DNA of 33,279 nt, taken from IMG/VR virus record IMGVR_UViG_2718217785_000004, one strand, 5' to 3'. This document shows positions 1-9,546 of this stretch, in pieces. Below the pieces are notes generated by a model. It was not told the DNA's origin. It made no database searches and saw only the letters and a program-made list of their open reading frames with translations. This stretch comes from a virus. Taxonomy: Duplodnaviria > Heunggongvirae > Uroviricota > Caudoviricetes. The translations under genes were made by a program, and so were the position numbers. The first letter of the stretch is position 1. Each line of letters begins with the position of its first letter.

Positions 1-903
1 TTATGAAAGCATAGACCGTTTACCCTCCCTGGGTACGACGGAACAGGGGTCCTGATGGATAATTACATCCGATCCCGGAAAACGCCGTAAAATAGCCTGC
101 TCTACCTGATCCGCCACCATATGTGCCTGAACCAAAGGCAGAGAGTCTTCCATTTCCAAATGAATCTGAATAAAGCGGGTCGGCCCTGACTGCCGCGTGC
201 GAAGATCGTGAGCGCCGCTAACACCCGGCCAGGAAGTCACGATATCAATAATTTCTTGCCGTTCCTCATCAGGCAATGCGCGATCCAGTAATGACTGTAC
301 CGCCTCATATCCCATGCGTAACGCGCTATATAAAATATAGATGCCGATTCCCAATGCAAACAGAGCATCGGCGCGATGCCAGCCGTACCAGGACAACCCC
401 AGCGCCAGCAGAATTGCGCCGTTCATCATAACATCAGACTGGTAATGTAGCATATCAGCCCGCACCGCCTGGCTTTGCGTCCGGCGCACCACCCAACGCT
501 GAAACGAGACAAGGATAATCGTACAAATTAGCGCCACAATTGTCACGATAACCCCGACGCCTGGATCTGTCATCGGTGTTGGAGATATCAGATGTTGAAT
601 ACCCGTCAAAAACAGGAATAGTGCTGAACCGGAGATAAACATACTTTGCGCCAGCGCCGCGAGGGACTCAGCTTTACCGTGACCAAACGAGTGATTATCG
701 TCGGCAGGTTGCAGGGAATATCGCACCACCAGTAAATTCGTCAACGACGCGCCGATATCCACCAGCGAATCCACCAGCGCGGCGAGAATACTCACCGACC
801 CGGTATACCACCATGCAAAAATTTTAATCAGCAATAGCAGCGAAGCCATCGCCGTCGCAGCAATCGCCGCCCGACTGACCAGCCGTCCATAAGATTGATT
901 CAT
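1..903 (-). CDS. fieF: Cation-efflux (CDF family) ferrous-iron/zinc transporter FieF, chromosomal flank
   Basis: ORF 1..921 translation reads as FieF/YiiP ([35 protein letters not shown]...); likely true start is the internal Met (MNQSYG) at 903; stop TAA at 1..3. Confidence 0.9.
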
Positions 904-984
904 AAATACTCCCGCTATCAACTGACGCTAGTATAACGGAAGCAAATCATCTGCAATGCATTAAGCAGCAGGCAAATTGAGGAT

Positions 985-1012
985 AAAAAAAACCCCCACA
1001 TCATGTGGGGGA
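985..1012 (-). terminator. Rho-independent terminator-like hairpin (CCCCCACA-TGA-TGTGGGGG followed by T8 on the minus strand)
   Basis: Seen in sequence: perfect 8-bp GC-rich stem followed by a U-run when read on the minus strand; lies between prophage ogr and fieF. Confidence 0.5.
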
Positions 1013-1110
1013 AGACAGGGATGGTGTCACAAAAAAGCACCTAACCTGATGATATAAATGGATTTATATCAAGCACTGTCCACATAGCGTCCACATCGAC
1101 CATAAATAAA

Positions 1111-1135
1111 GCCCCTTAACTGAGGGGCTATTTTT
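1111..1135 (-). terminator. Hairpin immediately downstream of ogr (GCCCCT-TAACTG-AGGGGC with flanking T-runs on both strands), likely ogr/late-operon terminator
   Basis: Seen in sequence: inverted repeat 1111..1128 followed by TATTTTT on plus strand and TTTATTTAT on minus strand; ogr stop at 1140..1142. Confidence 0.5.
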
Positions 1136-1139
1136 GTGA

Positions 1140-1421
1140 TCACATCCACATAATTTGCTGCCCTGACGGCAACGGGTGCGGTCTTACAGCGTGGACTTCT
1201 CCCGGCTTCACGATGTATCGCTGTACCGACTCATAAGTGATGAACGTGGCGCTGCAATTCACGTTCTGGCACTGGTGATAACGCTCTTTTGTCGTGTCAG
1301 TGATATAGCGGCTTGTACGCGCATGTGCGGCATGCTGGCATAAAGGACAATGAAACATCGCGAGCACCTCTTCCGGTTTTGTTGATGGTGCCATTTTAGT
1401 TAATTTATCCTTATAAAACAA
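1140..1421 (-). CDS. ogr: Late-gene transcriptional activator Ogr (C4 zinc finger)
   Basis: Translation contains CPLCQH...CQNVNCSATF zinc-finger pattern typical of P2 Ogr / phi-R73 delta; position after gene D as in P2. Confidence 0.85.
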   Translation of the reverse strand: MFYKDKLTKMAPSTKPEEVLAMFHCPLCQHAAHARTSRYITDTTKERYHQCQNVNCSATFITYESVQRYIVKPGEVHAVRPHPLPSGQQIMWM

Positions 1422-1439
1422 ACAGATAAAATAAAAACA

Positions 1440-2603
1440 TCACTCATCACCTTCTGTTTCGTACTCCACATCAGAAAGCCTGACCTCAAGCTCCAAGGAC
1501 GTCGTGAAGCCGCTATTATTCAGAAAATGTGTCACCTTAGTGATTGTCCAGTCCTGCTCGTCTATGACGCGCTTAAAGCCTGACACTTTAACCGGTGTTT
1601 CCGTGTAAATATCAGCACGACCGGTAGCCAGACTGATGGAGAACTCCGCAACGCCCCGTTGCAGCTTATCCCACTTCGCCTGAGCGGCGCGCATGGCCTG
1701 CGCTTTCGTGGCATATACCGTGGTCAGGGCAAAAACGTTGTCAGCCTCACCGGCCATGTATTCACCTTCACGCGCTTCCGGTACTTTAGGCGCTTTCTTC
1801 TGCCTGACCGGTTTCGCTTTCGGGTGCTCCAGTGCGCGCAGGTGTTTCTCTTTCTTTTTGCGTTTCAGTTTTACCTTCTGCTTTTGCGGCTTCGGGTCTT
1901 TGGTGTGAAGCCACTTTGCCGTTACGCCGGTATAGGCTCCACGGTCAGCAATCGCAAAATGGTGGCGGTCGCCGTCGCTGCGGGTTATGGTGACCTGCGG
2001 GATTTTTTTACCGCTGGCCGTCACCCCCTGCCCCGCTTTGAGAAACAACAGTTTTCCCATTTTTACCGAGACCTCACCGCCGTTGCGTTCTGCAAGACGG
2101 GTCAGGAATTTCGCATCAGACTCCTGCGACTGGTCGATGTGCGGAATTTTAATTCCGGCCAGTGACGGAGCGACACTGGCTTCCAGCCTGTTACGGGAGG
2201 CTATCGCCTCAACAATCGCACCGAGCGTGGTGTCATGCCATGAGCCTTCCCGGCGGGAATTGAGCGTCCCGCGAAAATCTGCACTCCGGGCGCGGATGGT
2301 AACCACATCCGGCGCGCCCCGGTGTTCAACCTCATCAACGGTGAATTTCCCTTTGCATACCAGGGCAAAACCTTTCCAGCCGATATACACCGTCAGGACA
2401 GCGCCACGAACCGGCAGCCCGACCTGCCCGTCGGCATCGTTCAGTTCAATATCAAGCTGGTCAGCCTCAAAGCCCCGGTTATCCGTCAGGGTCATGCTCA
2501 TCAGACGGTCGCTGATATTGCCGGTAATATCCCTGCTGTCGAGCATCAGCATATAATCCGGCGTCAGTGTACTGCCTGCATCAAATGTCAGCGCATCCAG
2601 CAT
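1440..2603 (-). CDS. D: Tail protein D (late control gene D family)
   Basis: 387-aa ORF, same length and position as P2 gpD; start overlaps U stop. Confidence 0.8.
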   Translation of the reverse strand: MLDALTFDAGSTLTPDYMLMLDSRDITGNISDRLMSMTLTDNRGFEADQLDIELNDADGQVGLPVRGAVLTVYIGWKGFALVCKGKFTVDEVEHRGAPDVVTIRARSADFRGTLNSRREGSWHDTTLGAIVEAIASRNRLEASVAPSLAGIKIPHIDQSQESDAKFLTRLAERNGGEVSVKMGKLLFLKAGQGVTASGKKIPQVTITRSDGDRHHFAIADRGAYTGVTAKWLHTKDPKPQKQKVKLKRKKKEKHLRALEHPKAKPVRQKKAPKVPEAREGEYMAGEADNVFALTTVYATKAQAMRAAQAKWDKLQRGVAEFSISLATGRADIYTETPVKVSGFKRVIDEQDWTITKVTHFLNNSGFTTSLELEVRLSDVEYETEGDE

Positions 2604-3082
2604 TATCCCGCCCCCGTCATACCCGTGAATCTGGTCGCCATACTGCCAGCCTTACCGATGAGCGATTCCGCCTGTTTACCGATATCGCCATAAAGCGCGG
2701 CCAGTGATTCATCAACGCGGGTGAGTGACAGCGTAAAATCAATTTTCCGGGGTGTGCCGTCTGCAAAGAAAATACTCCCTGTTTCACTCACCCTGCTGAT
2801 GACATACATGCCGTAAATCATGCCGGTGCCATCCAGCAACGGCCACGCCCGTCCCTCCTCTGCCATCAGCCTGAGCGTGGTCATCGTCAGCTTGCCGCCG
2901 GTCAGTTCGGGATAAAGCACACCGGCCAGCGTCATGTTTTCCTCACCCACACCGAGAAACTGGTAGGCATCCCGTTTACCGATACGGGAATTTGACGGCC
3001 AGCGATAATCTGATTCACGCTGCATGGTCTGGTGTGGCAGCGTCTGGCGCATAAAAACAAACATACCTAACGCGAGCATCAT
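2603..3082 (-). CDS. U: Tail protein U
   Basis: 159-aa ORF between T and D, syntenic with P2 gpU. Confidence 0.75.
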   Translation of the reverse strand: MMLALGMFVFMRQTLPHQTMQRESDYRWPSNSRIGKRDAYQFLGVGEENMTLAGVLYPELTGGKLTMTTLRLMAEEGRAWPLLDGTGMIYGMYVISRVSETGSIFFADGTPRKIDFTLSLTRVDESLAALYGDIGKQAESLIGKAGSMATRFTGMTGAG

Positions 3083-3096
3083 TTTTCGTCACCTCC

Positions 3097-5544
3097 TTAA
3101 CCGTCATGCATCATGCTGGCACGGGCGCGCGCACGTTTATCCCGCTCGTATTTTTCGAGCGCATCCTGTAACTGGCGGTCGAGCTGAGTCCCCGGCGCAG
3201 TACCGCCCGTCAGACTGATGTGATATTCGTTTTTACTCTGGTCCACATAAGAGCGGCCAGCCGGTGCCGTGACCGGCTGATAAGCCTGATAGCCTGCATA
3301 AGAGCTGGTCGCCGGAATATAACCACCGGTGCCATACGTGGCGGCATGAGTCCTTGCTGCGGTCTGGTCAAGTGTGTCTGACTCTTTGTTGATAACACCG
3401 AGTTTTTCCAGTACCCAGTCAATACCGCTGCGCAGTTTGTTGAACGCATTAAGCGGCAGCATCAGCGCGTCAGCCAGTGCCTGCCCGAACATGACCCCCG
3501 TGTCACGGCAACGGTTTAGGGTGTCCTGGGTGGCTTTGACCGGGGCAATCAGGTTTTTAAACCACTGCCACGCGGCCTGTAACTTTTCGCCCAGCCAGTC
3601 AAACACCGGCTTAAGTGGCGTGAACAGTTCCCCCACCGGCGCAAATGCCGCTTTCAGCCCTTCCACCACACCGCCAAAGAATGCGCTGACAGGCTCCCAG
3701 TATTTACGGATAAGCAACGCCCCGGCGACAATGGCGGCCACCACAGCCACAACCGGCCAGCTAATTGCCCCGATGGCCGTCATAACAGCACTGCCTATCG
3801 TCGTGAAGATTGCCCCCATTGCGCCTGCTGCCGCGATAATGGCATTGATGCCGGTGATAACCGGCCAGGCTACGAGGCCAATGGCACCGATGATGCCAGT
3901 AAGCGCCAGCGCGCCACCGACAATGAGGCCGATGGTTGACGCCAGTGATTTGTTTTTCTGGATCCAGCCGTCGAGTTTTAACACATACTTTGTGGCCGTC
4001 TGAGTGAGCTTACGCAGTGCGCCTTCCTGCTGGTCAAACAGGTCTGTCCCCACCGCCTCATAAGCGGACTGAAACTCCTTAAAGTCACCGCCGAGGTTGT
4101 CCTGCATGATATTTACCAGCTCGGCAGTCTTCCCGTCTGAGGCTTTAAACGCAGCGGTCAGTTTGTCCAGCTTTCCGGTTGAGGCGGCAGTCATCAGCAC
4201 GGCGGCGGCTGAGCTGGCCTCCTCCCCGAAAATAGTTTTCATGTATTCAGCCTGCTGGGCAGTACCGAGCCGGTTTTTCTCAAAACTGGCCTGCATTTCT
4301 TTCAGAATGGTAAATATTGGCCGGGTGTTTCCCTTACTGTCTGAGGTTTTCACTCCAAGCTCTTTGAGTGCATCCCATGCTTTTCCCGTCGGTGCCTGCA
4401 GGCGGCTTAACACGGCACGGCTTCCCGTCCCCGCCATTGAGCCTGTGATTTTTGCATCATGCAGCGCCCCGACCATTGCGGCGGTTTCTTCAATGCTGAC
4501 ACCGGCATTTTTTGCCACAGGTGCGGCATAGGTCAGCGCATCGCTCATGCCGTCAAAATCGGCGGCGGTTTTGTTCATCGTCATGGAGAGAACATCCCCG
4601 ATATGAGCGACCTTATCGTTTGAAAGCTGAAAGGCGGATTTCATCCCCATCAGCAGGGCAGCGTTTTCTTCCATCGTGCGACGGTTCGCCAGCGCCATAT
4701 TCAGCGTGACCGGCGTTGCCGCCTGAATGGCATCAACATCCCCACCGGCTTTCGCAATAATAATCTGCGCACCGGCTGCATCATCTGCCGAGGCGGCGGT
4801 ATTGTCGCCGAGCTGGCGCGCCTGTTTGCGTAGTGCAGCCATTTCGGCGGAGTCTTTTGCCACTCCGAGCACGGCCTGCAATTCTGAGTTTTTCTGCGCA
4901 AACTCATAACCGGGCATCAGCAGCTTAACTCCGGCCATCGTTCCCGCCGCCGCAATCCCCACACCGGCAGCGCCCACCGAGGCCATATTTCCTGCCAGTT
5001 CCTTTCCGGCCTGATAACGCTGTTTTACTGCGTTAAGTTTTGCCTGTTGTGCACTGACACGCGCCAGTGCGTCGCGCTGACGGTTAAGCTGTGCGGTGGT
5101 TTCACTGATACGGTTTTTCAGCCCCTGCTCATCATGTGCAAGATTGCGGGTATTAATTCCCACAGCGGCCAGTTCCCGCTGCTGGCGCTTAACGGAATCC
5201 GTCAGGCGGTTATATTTCGCCTGTAAGTCCTCCGCCGCACGCTTTGCGGATTCCAGCACTTTCGCCTGAGCACGGGTCGGACGTTCAGTGTTTTTAAACT
5301 GTGTGGCAAGGGCTTCGGCCTCCTGCCGTGCCTTTTCAAGTGCATGACCAGTCACGGCGAGCTGTGCGCTGGTCTTGCGAAATCCCTCAATACGGGATGC
5401 CTGACCATTCAGCTCGCGCAGTGATTTTTGTGTTTCCCGGATATCCCCCGACAGCGACTTGCTCGCTGTGCGGATGGATTTAAACGGGCGGGATGCCTGG
5501 TCAACAGCCCTGAGCAATACCTGTAATTTTACATTGTTACTCAT
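3097..5544 (-). CDS. T: Tail tape-measure protein T
   Basis: 815-aa ORF with coiled-coil N-terminus, Gly/Ala-rich hydrophobic central stretch and C-terminal domain; position after E/E'. Confidence 0.85.
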   Translation of the reverse strand: MSNNVKLQVLLRAVDQASRPFKSIRTASKSLSGDIRETQKSLRELNGQASRIEGFRKTSAQLAVTGHALEKARQEAEALATQFKNTERPTRAQAKVLESAKRAAEDLQAKYNRLTDSVKRQQRELAAVGINTRNLAHDEQGLKNRISETTAQLNRQRDALARVSAQQAKLNAVKQRYQAGKELAGNMASVGAAGVGIAAAGTMAGVKLLMPGYEFAQKNSELQAVLGVAKDSAEMAALRKQARQLGDNTAASADDAAGAQIIIAKAGGDVDAIQAATPVTLNMALANRRTMEENAALLMGMKSAFQLSNDKVAHIGDVLSMTMNKTAADFDGMSDALTYAAPVAKNAGVSIEETAAMVGALHDAKITGSMAGTGSRAVLSRLQAPTGKAWDALKELGVKTSDSKGNTRPIFTILKEMQASFEKNRLGTAQQAEYMKTIFGEEASSAAAVLMTAASTGKLDKLTAAFKASDGKTAELVNIMQDNLGGDFKEFQSAYEAVGTDLFDQQEGALRKLTQTATKYVLKLDGWIQKNKSLASTIGLIVGGALALTGIIGAIGLVAWPVITGINAIIAAAGAMGAIFTTIGSAVMTAIGAISWPVVAVVAAIVAGALLIRKYWEPVSAFFGGVVEGLKAAFAPVGELFTPLKPVFDWLGEKLQAAWQWFKNLIAPVKATQDTLNRCRDTGVMFGQALADALMLPLNAFNKLRSGIDWVLEKLGVINKESDTLDQTAARTHAATYGTGGYIPATSSYAGYQAYQPVTAPAGRSYVDQSKNEYHISLTGGTAPGTQLDRQLQDALEKYERDKRARARASMMHDG

Positions 5545-5716
5545 TCGTGTTCCCGCTTCGCCGGAGCGCCTTTTCGCGCCATGTGATGAGTTCGGTCAGG
5601 CTCATGGGATACAGTTCTGATGGCGGCCAGTGAAATATCACTGCCACATCCGCCATCAGGTCATCGACCGACAGATTTTTCGGAAACGTCACTGCACCGA
5701 GTTCGGCGACAAAAAA
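5537..5716 (-). CDS. E': E' extension of tail-assembly chaperone (E+E' product made by programmed -1 frameshift)
   Basis: Seen in sequence: slippery heptamer T_TTT_TTG on minus strand (plus 5710..5716) in the E frame; the -1 frame stays open for 57 codons to TAA at 5537..5539, overlapping the T start; predicted fusion about 143 aa. Confidence 0.7.
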   Translation of the reverse strand, partial: FFVAELGAVTFPKNLSVDDLMADVAVIFHWPPSELYPMSLTELITWREKALRRSGNTNE

Positions 5717-5964
5717 CCGACCACCTTACCGGCCAGCGCCACAAGGTCAGGCAGTTCCAGTGCGGCAACTTCCTGCTCGGTCAGCATCGGTGCCGTCATG
5801 CGCGGCAACACCTTAATTAGTGCATCAACTTCAGAGTTTGCGACCGCTGCCAGACTGACACCGCGCAGCGTCCCGGCATTGGGTTTCATCAGCGTGACCT
5901 GTTCGATGACCTGCTCACCACGCTTGACCGGATTTTCCAGGGTAATGACATTTTCTTTGTTCAT
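5689..5964 (-). CDS. E: Tail-assembly chaperone E
   Basis: 91-aa ORF between FII and T, ends ...VVGFLSPNSVQ; contains the frameshift site near its 3' end. Confidence 0.8.
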   Translation of the reverse strand: MNKENVITLENPVKRGEQVIEQVTLMKPNAGTLRGVSLAAVANSEVDALIKVLPRMTAPMLTEQEVAALELPDLVALAGKVVGFLSPNSVQ

Positions 5965-6020
5965 GGTTTTCTCACTTCTGAATCAGGGTTAACCGGTCAG
6001 CCTGGCTGACCGGATGAAAA

Positions 6021-6539
6021 TCACAGGCCGATATTGCGGCGGTGTTGCTCCAGCCGGTCGACGCCGTTCACCTTCTCAATCATGTTGATGGTGTCGATTT
6101 CGACCAGCTCCTTACCGTCCATCGTCAGCCGGAAATAGGTGCAGACCACGGAGATTTTCGACTCGGTGTCTTCTCCCTGTTTACCCTCACCGGTGTCGAT
6201 TTCTTTCTGACGGCCACGCATGACCACTTCGACGGCCACCGTTTCGCCGGTATCGTCGCGCTGGTAAGAGCCTGCAAAACGAATCGGCACGGCATCCACG
6301 CCGGTTGCGGCGTAAAGCTCCCAGATAACCGAATCCGGGAAGCCACCGAGCGACCACTCCATTGACAGCGCATCGTCATCAAGGCCGAGGTCTACCGGTG
6401 CGCTGCCGTTCATCCCCGCACCGCGATAGTTTTCGAGCTTACGGGTCAGTTTTGGCAGCGTGACGGACTTCGCGACGCCCTGATAGCTGTAGCCGTTCAG
6501 AAAGACGTTCATTAACTTGAGTTTGCGCGGCATTGCCAT
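6021..6539 (-). CDS. FII: Tail tube protein FII
   Basis: 172-aa ORF directly downstream of sheath gene, P2 synteny. Confidence 0.8.
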   Translation of the reverse strand: MAMPRKLKLMNVFLNGYSYQGVAKSVTLPKLTRKLENYRGAGMNGSAPVDLGLDDDALSMEWSLGGFPDSVIWELYAATGVDAVPIRFAGSYQRDDTGETVAVEVVMRGRQKEIDTGEGKQGEDTESKISVVCTYFRLTMDGKELVEIDTINMIEKVNGVDRLEQHRRNIGL

Positions 6540-6551
6540 CGGTCAGGCTCC

Positions 6552-7742
6552 TTAATTGCTGTTAACCGAGGTGACCAGATTTGCCAGGTATTTATCGGTA
6601 ATACGCTGGCGCAGGGTCAGGTTTTCGAGAGGAGGCACCGGTGTATAGTCGTAGTCGATATACAGTTTTCCGGCCTTGAGGGTTTCCGCATCGTTGGATT
6701 CTTCGCTGAACCAGCATGAGCCATCCACGATATAGCCGTTTGTTTTCAGCTCACGGAATTTGGCATTGATGCCGTCAACGATATCGCGAATCAGCGTTGC
6801 GGTGATGGGCTTGTCCACCGCCCACATGTGCGCCTCAGCCATCGTGTCGGCCAGCACCTGCGCGGTGCGGGTGTAGTTTTCAAAGAGAAACAGTGGGTCA
6901 TCAGAGCAGGTACGGTTACCCCAGAAGCGGAAACCGTCGCGGCGAATCAGCGTAGTGACGCCTGACTCATTAAGCAGGTCAGCATCAGTGCCGGGCTTCT
7001 GCAAATCCCAGAAGACGGATGCACTGATGCCGGTAACACCGTTCACCCCGACGTTGGACAGCGTTTTATGCCAGCCCTGCTCCTGGTCGATTTTAGCGCG
7101 CAGACCCAGCGCACGGGCGGTGGCATACGCGGTGGCGGTGGTACTGGTAACCGTATCCCATGCGAGGAAATCCGGCCAGATGACCATCAGCTCACGCTGG
7201 CTGAAATTCTGGCGGTAGGCTTTCACCTCGGAAATGGTTTTACAACCCCATGCGCTGATATACCCGAAGGCATTCAGTTCCTGGCATACCGATGCCAGTG
7301 CGACGGCGACCTCTTTGGTGTCCAGTCCCGGTACGCCGAGAATACGCGGTTTAACGCCGGTAACCGACTCAGCGCCCATCAGGGCTTTCAGTCCGGTGTA
7401 CTGACCGTTTTCGTCAGTGGTGCCGATGATATTGGAAACGGTCTGCGCGAGTTTCGTTTCTTCGTCGTCGCCTGTTCCGTCTTCCACGCGCACGACAACG
7501 GTGACCGGTTTTGACTGGTCACCGATTGCCTGCAACGATGCCGCCAGCGTGCCTTTTTTACCGGCCTTTGCAATCGCGCTCTGCACATTGGTGATCAGCA
7601 CCGGTTTATTGACGGGGAAGGTTTCCGCATCCGCATCGCTGGCCGTGCAGACCATGCCAACAATGGCGGTGGATACGGTGGAAATGACGCGGGTGCCGTC
7701 GTTAATCTCCAGCACCTGCACGCCGTGATGATAGTCACTCAT
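6552..7742 (-). CDS. FI: Contractile tail sheath protein FI
   Basis: 396-aa ORF, size and position of P2 gpFI. Confidence 0.85.
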   Translation of the reverse strand: MSDYHHGVQVLEINDGTRVISTVSTAIVGMVCTASDADAETFPVNKPVLITNVQSAIAKAGKKGTLAASLQAIGDQSKPVTVVVRVEDGTGDDEETKLAQTVSNIIGTTDENGQYTGLKALMGAESVTGVKPRILGVPGLDTKEVAVALASVCQELNAFGYISAWGCKTISEVKAYRQNFSQRELMVIWPDFLAWDTVTSTTATAYATARALGLRAKIDQEQGWHKTLSNVGVNGVTGISASVFWDLQKPGTDADLLNESGVTTLIRRDGFRFWGNRTCSDDPLFLFENYTRTAQVLADTMAEAHMWAVDKPITATLIRDIVDGINAKFRELKTNGYIVDGSCWFSEESNDAETLKAGKLYIDYDYTPVPPLENLTLRQRITDKYLANLVTSVNSN

Positions 7743-7801
7743 CCGTTTAACTCCGTGGTTAATGGGTGAGTGATATTTTCAGTTGTGCCGGAGATGTCAG
7801 G

Positions 7802-8395
7802 CTATTTGTCCCGGTTGGCTAAGGGATGACACAATTTATTCTTTGTCGCTGATGAGGGGAATTTTTTATAGAGCGTGGACAGGCCAATATCAAAAATCAG
7901 CGCCACACGTTGACGAGATTCCCCCGCAGCCAGCAACCGTCCGACCTGCTCCCACTCACCCGCAGTGAGTTTCGGTCGTCTGCCACCAATACGACCTTTG
8001 GCTCTGGCCGCTTCCAGTCCGGCGCGTGTCCGCTCGACAATGAGTTCTCGCTCCATTTCAGCCAGGGCACCCATCACATGAAAGAAAAAACGCCCCATCG
8101 GCGTGCTGGTATCAATAGCATCCGTCAGGCTGCGAAAATTAACGCCGCGTTCGCGCAGTTCCTCAACCAGAATGACCAGATGCCGCATACTACGCCCCAG
8201 CCTGTCCAGCTTCCAGACCACCAGTGTATCCCCCTCAGATAATGTTCTGAGCAGTTTTTTCAGTCCCGGTCGGTCGGACTTTGTGCCGCTGATTTTATCC
8301 TCAAAAATCAGCTCACATCCTGCACACTCCAGCGCATTACGCTGCAATTCCGTATTCTGGTCATTTGTTGATACGCGGACATAGCCAATAAGCAT
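7802..8395 (-). CDS. Serine-recombinase DNA invertase (Hin/Gin/Pin/Cin family)
   Basis: Translation MLIGYVRVSTNDQNT...VVWKLDRLGRS...MGRFFFHVMGALAEMERELI is the canonical resolvase/invertase catalytic domain (Ser in VRVST) with a C-terminal HTH; sits beside an invertible tail-fibre segment. Confidence 0.9.
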   Translation of the reverse strand: MLIGYVRVSTNDQNTELQRNALECAGCELIFEDKISGTKSDRPGLKKLLRTLSEGDTLVVWKLDRLGRSMRHLVILVEELRERGVNFRSLTDAIDTSTPMGRFFFHVMGALAEMERELIVERTRAGLEAARAKGRIGGRRPKLTAGEWEQVGRLLAAGESRQRVALIFDIGLSTLYKKFPSSATKNKLCHPLANRDK

Positions 8396-8450
8396 GATGG
8401 ATCCCCTGAATAAAAACCAGAGATGATGCCACTTGCCCGTTATCTCTGCA

Positions 8451-8476
8451 TTTTCATAAACGTTGGTTTGGGAGAA
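8451..8476. repeat. hix/gix-like inversion crossover site 1 (TTTTCATAAACG TT GGTTTGGGAGAA)
   Basis: Seen in sequence: 26-bp site with imperfect dyad half-sites; its reverse complement shares TTCTCCCAAACCAA with site 2 at 10314..10339 in inverted orientation. Confidence 0.7.
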
Positions 8477-8944
8477 GGTTCGGCATTACCCGTTGGTGTG
8501 CCTGTTCCGTGGCCTTCCGCCACTCCGCCAACAGGCTGGCTGAAATGCAACGGTGCGGCATTTTCTGCTGAAGAATACCCGGAACTGGCAAAGGCTTACC
8601 CGACAAATAAATTGCCTGATTTACGCGGTGAGTTTATTCGTGGCTGGGATGACGGGAGAGGCATTGACCCCGGAAGGATTCTATTGGCTTCACAGGAGCA
8701 TGCAATGCAAAACGTCACTGGTTCAATAGGGAAAATTCAGCTTTTTAAAGATTTAGTTACCAGTGGTCCATTTCGTCATAACGGTAATAACTATCTGACT
8801 ACTGGATTAACAGCGGTTACAGGCGTAGGTAGTGGAGGGCATGGTGTCACAACATTTGATTTCGATATGTCAAGGGTGGCAAATACCGCCAATGAAACTC
8901 GCCCGGTGAACGTTGCATTTAACTACATTGTGAGGGCTGCATAA
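8477..8944 (+). CDS. Silent alternative tail-fibre C-terminal cassette, promoterless in this orientation
   Basis: ORF 8423..8944 reads through crossover site 1 encoding ...FINVGLGEG, matching the ...YLGLGE junction in H; it has no fibre N-terminus of its own. Confidence 0.65.
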   Translation, partial: GSALPVGVPVPWPSATPPTGWLKCNGAAFSAEEYPELAKAYPTNKLPDLRGEFIRGWDDGRGIDPGRILLASQEHAMQNVTGSIGKIQLFKDLVTSGPFRHNGNNYLTTGLTAVTGVGSGGHGVTTFDFDMSRVANTANETRPVNVAFNYIVRAA

Positions 8945-9546
8945 TGGATAACGCTGTATTAAATAGCGAGTTTATTGCTACGAAGGCAGGGGATATTACT
9001 GTTTATAACTATGATGGTGAAACTCGGGAATATATTTCCACTTCAAGTGAATATCTTGCCGTTGGTGTTGGTATCCCGGCATATTCCTGCCTGGATGCAC
9101 CTGGTATACATAGGGAGGGTTATGTTATCCGCCGTTCTGCAGATTTTAACTCATGGGAATATGTGCCAGACCATCGCGGTGAAATCGTCTATAGCACCGA
9201 AACAGGAGAATCAAAAGAAATCACATCTCCGGGTGATTACCCTGAAAATACAACCACTATCGCCCCTTTATCTCCATACGATAAATGGGATGGTGAGAAA
9301 TGGGTGACAGATACCGAGGCACAGCATAGCGCCGCAGTAGACGCGGCAGAAGCACAGCGTCAGTCACTGATTGATGCTGCAATGGTTTCCATTAGTCTGA
9401 TTCAGTTGAAATTGCAGGCCGGGCGGAAGCTGACGCAGGCAGAAACCACCCGGCTTAACGCTGCGCTGGATTATATTGACGCGTTGACGGCAACAGATAC
9501 CAGCACCGCGCCGGATGTCATCTGGCCTGAACTGCCGGAGGCGTAG
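8944..9546 (+). CDS. Tail-fibre assembly chaperone, alternative copy paired with the silent fibre cassette
   Basis: 200-aa ORF with conserved C-terminal ...LDYIDALTATDTSTAPDVIWPELPEA, similar to the C-terminus of the minus-strand chaperone (...LDYLDALELVDTSGAPDIEWPTPP). Confidence 0.7.
   Translation: MDNAVLNSEFIATKAGDITVYNYDGETREYISTSSEYLAVGVGIPAYSCLDAPGIHREGYVIRRSADFNSWEYVPDHRGEIVYSTETGESKEITSPGDYPENTTTIAPLSPYDKWDGEKWVTDTEAQHSAAVDAAEAQRQSLIDAAMVSISLIQLKLQAGRKLTQAETTRLNAALDYIDALTATDTSTAPDVIWPELPEA

Noticed and set aside
1659-2693. Plus-strand ORFs 1659..2165, 1693..1908, 1987..2556 and 2322..2693 inside gene D
   Set aside because: Antisense or alternative-frame ORFs within a well-supported structural gene, with low-complexity Arg/Ser-rich translations typical of GC-rich DNA; treated as spurious.
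3210-5483. Multiple ORFs overlapping the tape-measure gene T on either strand (e.g. 3374..4003, 4097..4531, 4701..4907)
   Set aside because: Embedded in the 815-aa T ORF with composition-driven, Ala/Ser/Pro-rich translations; no independent start or RBS signals.
7743-7801. Possible cargo gene in the P2 Z/fun slot between FI and the fibre genes
   Set aside because: Only 60 bp separate FI from the invertase; the slot is filled by the invertase/invertible-segment module, not an extra defence ORF.
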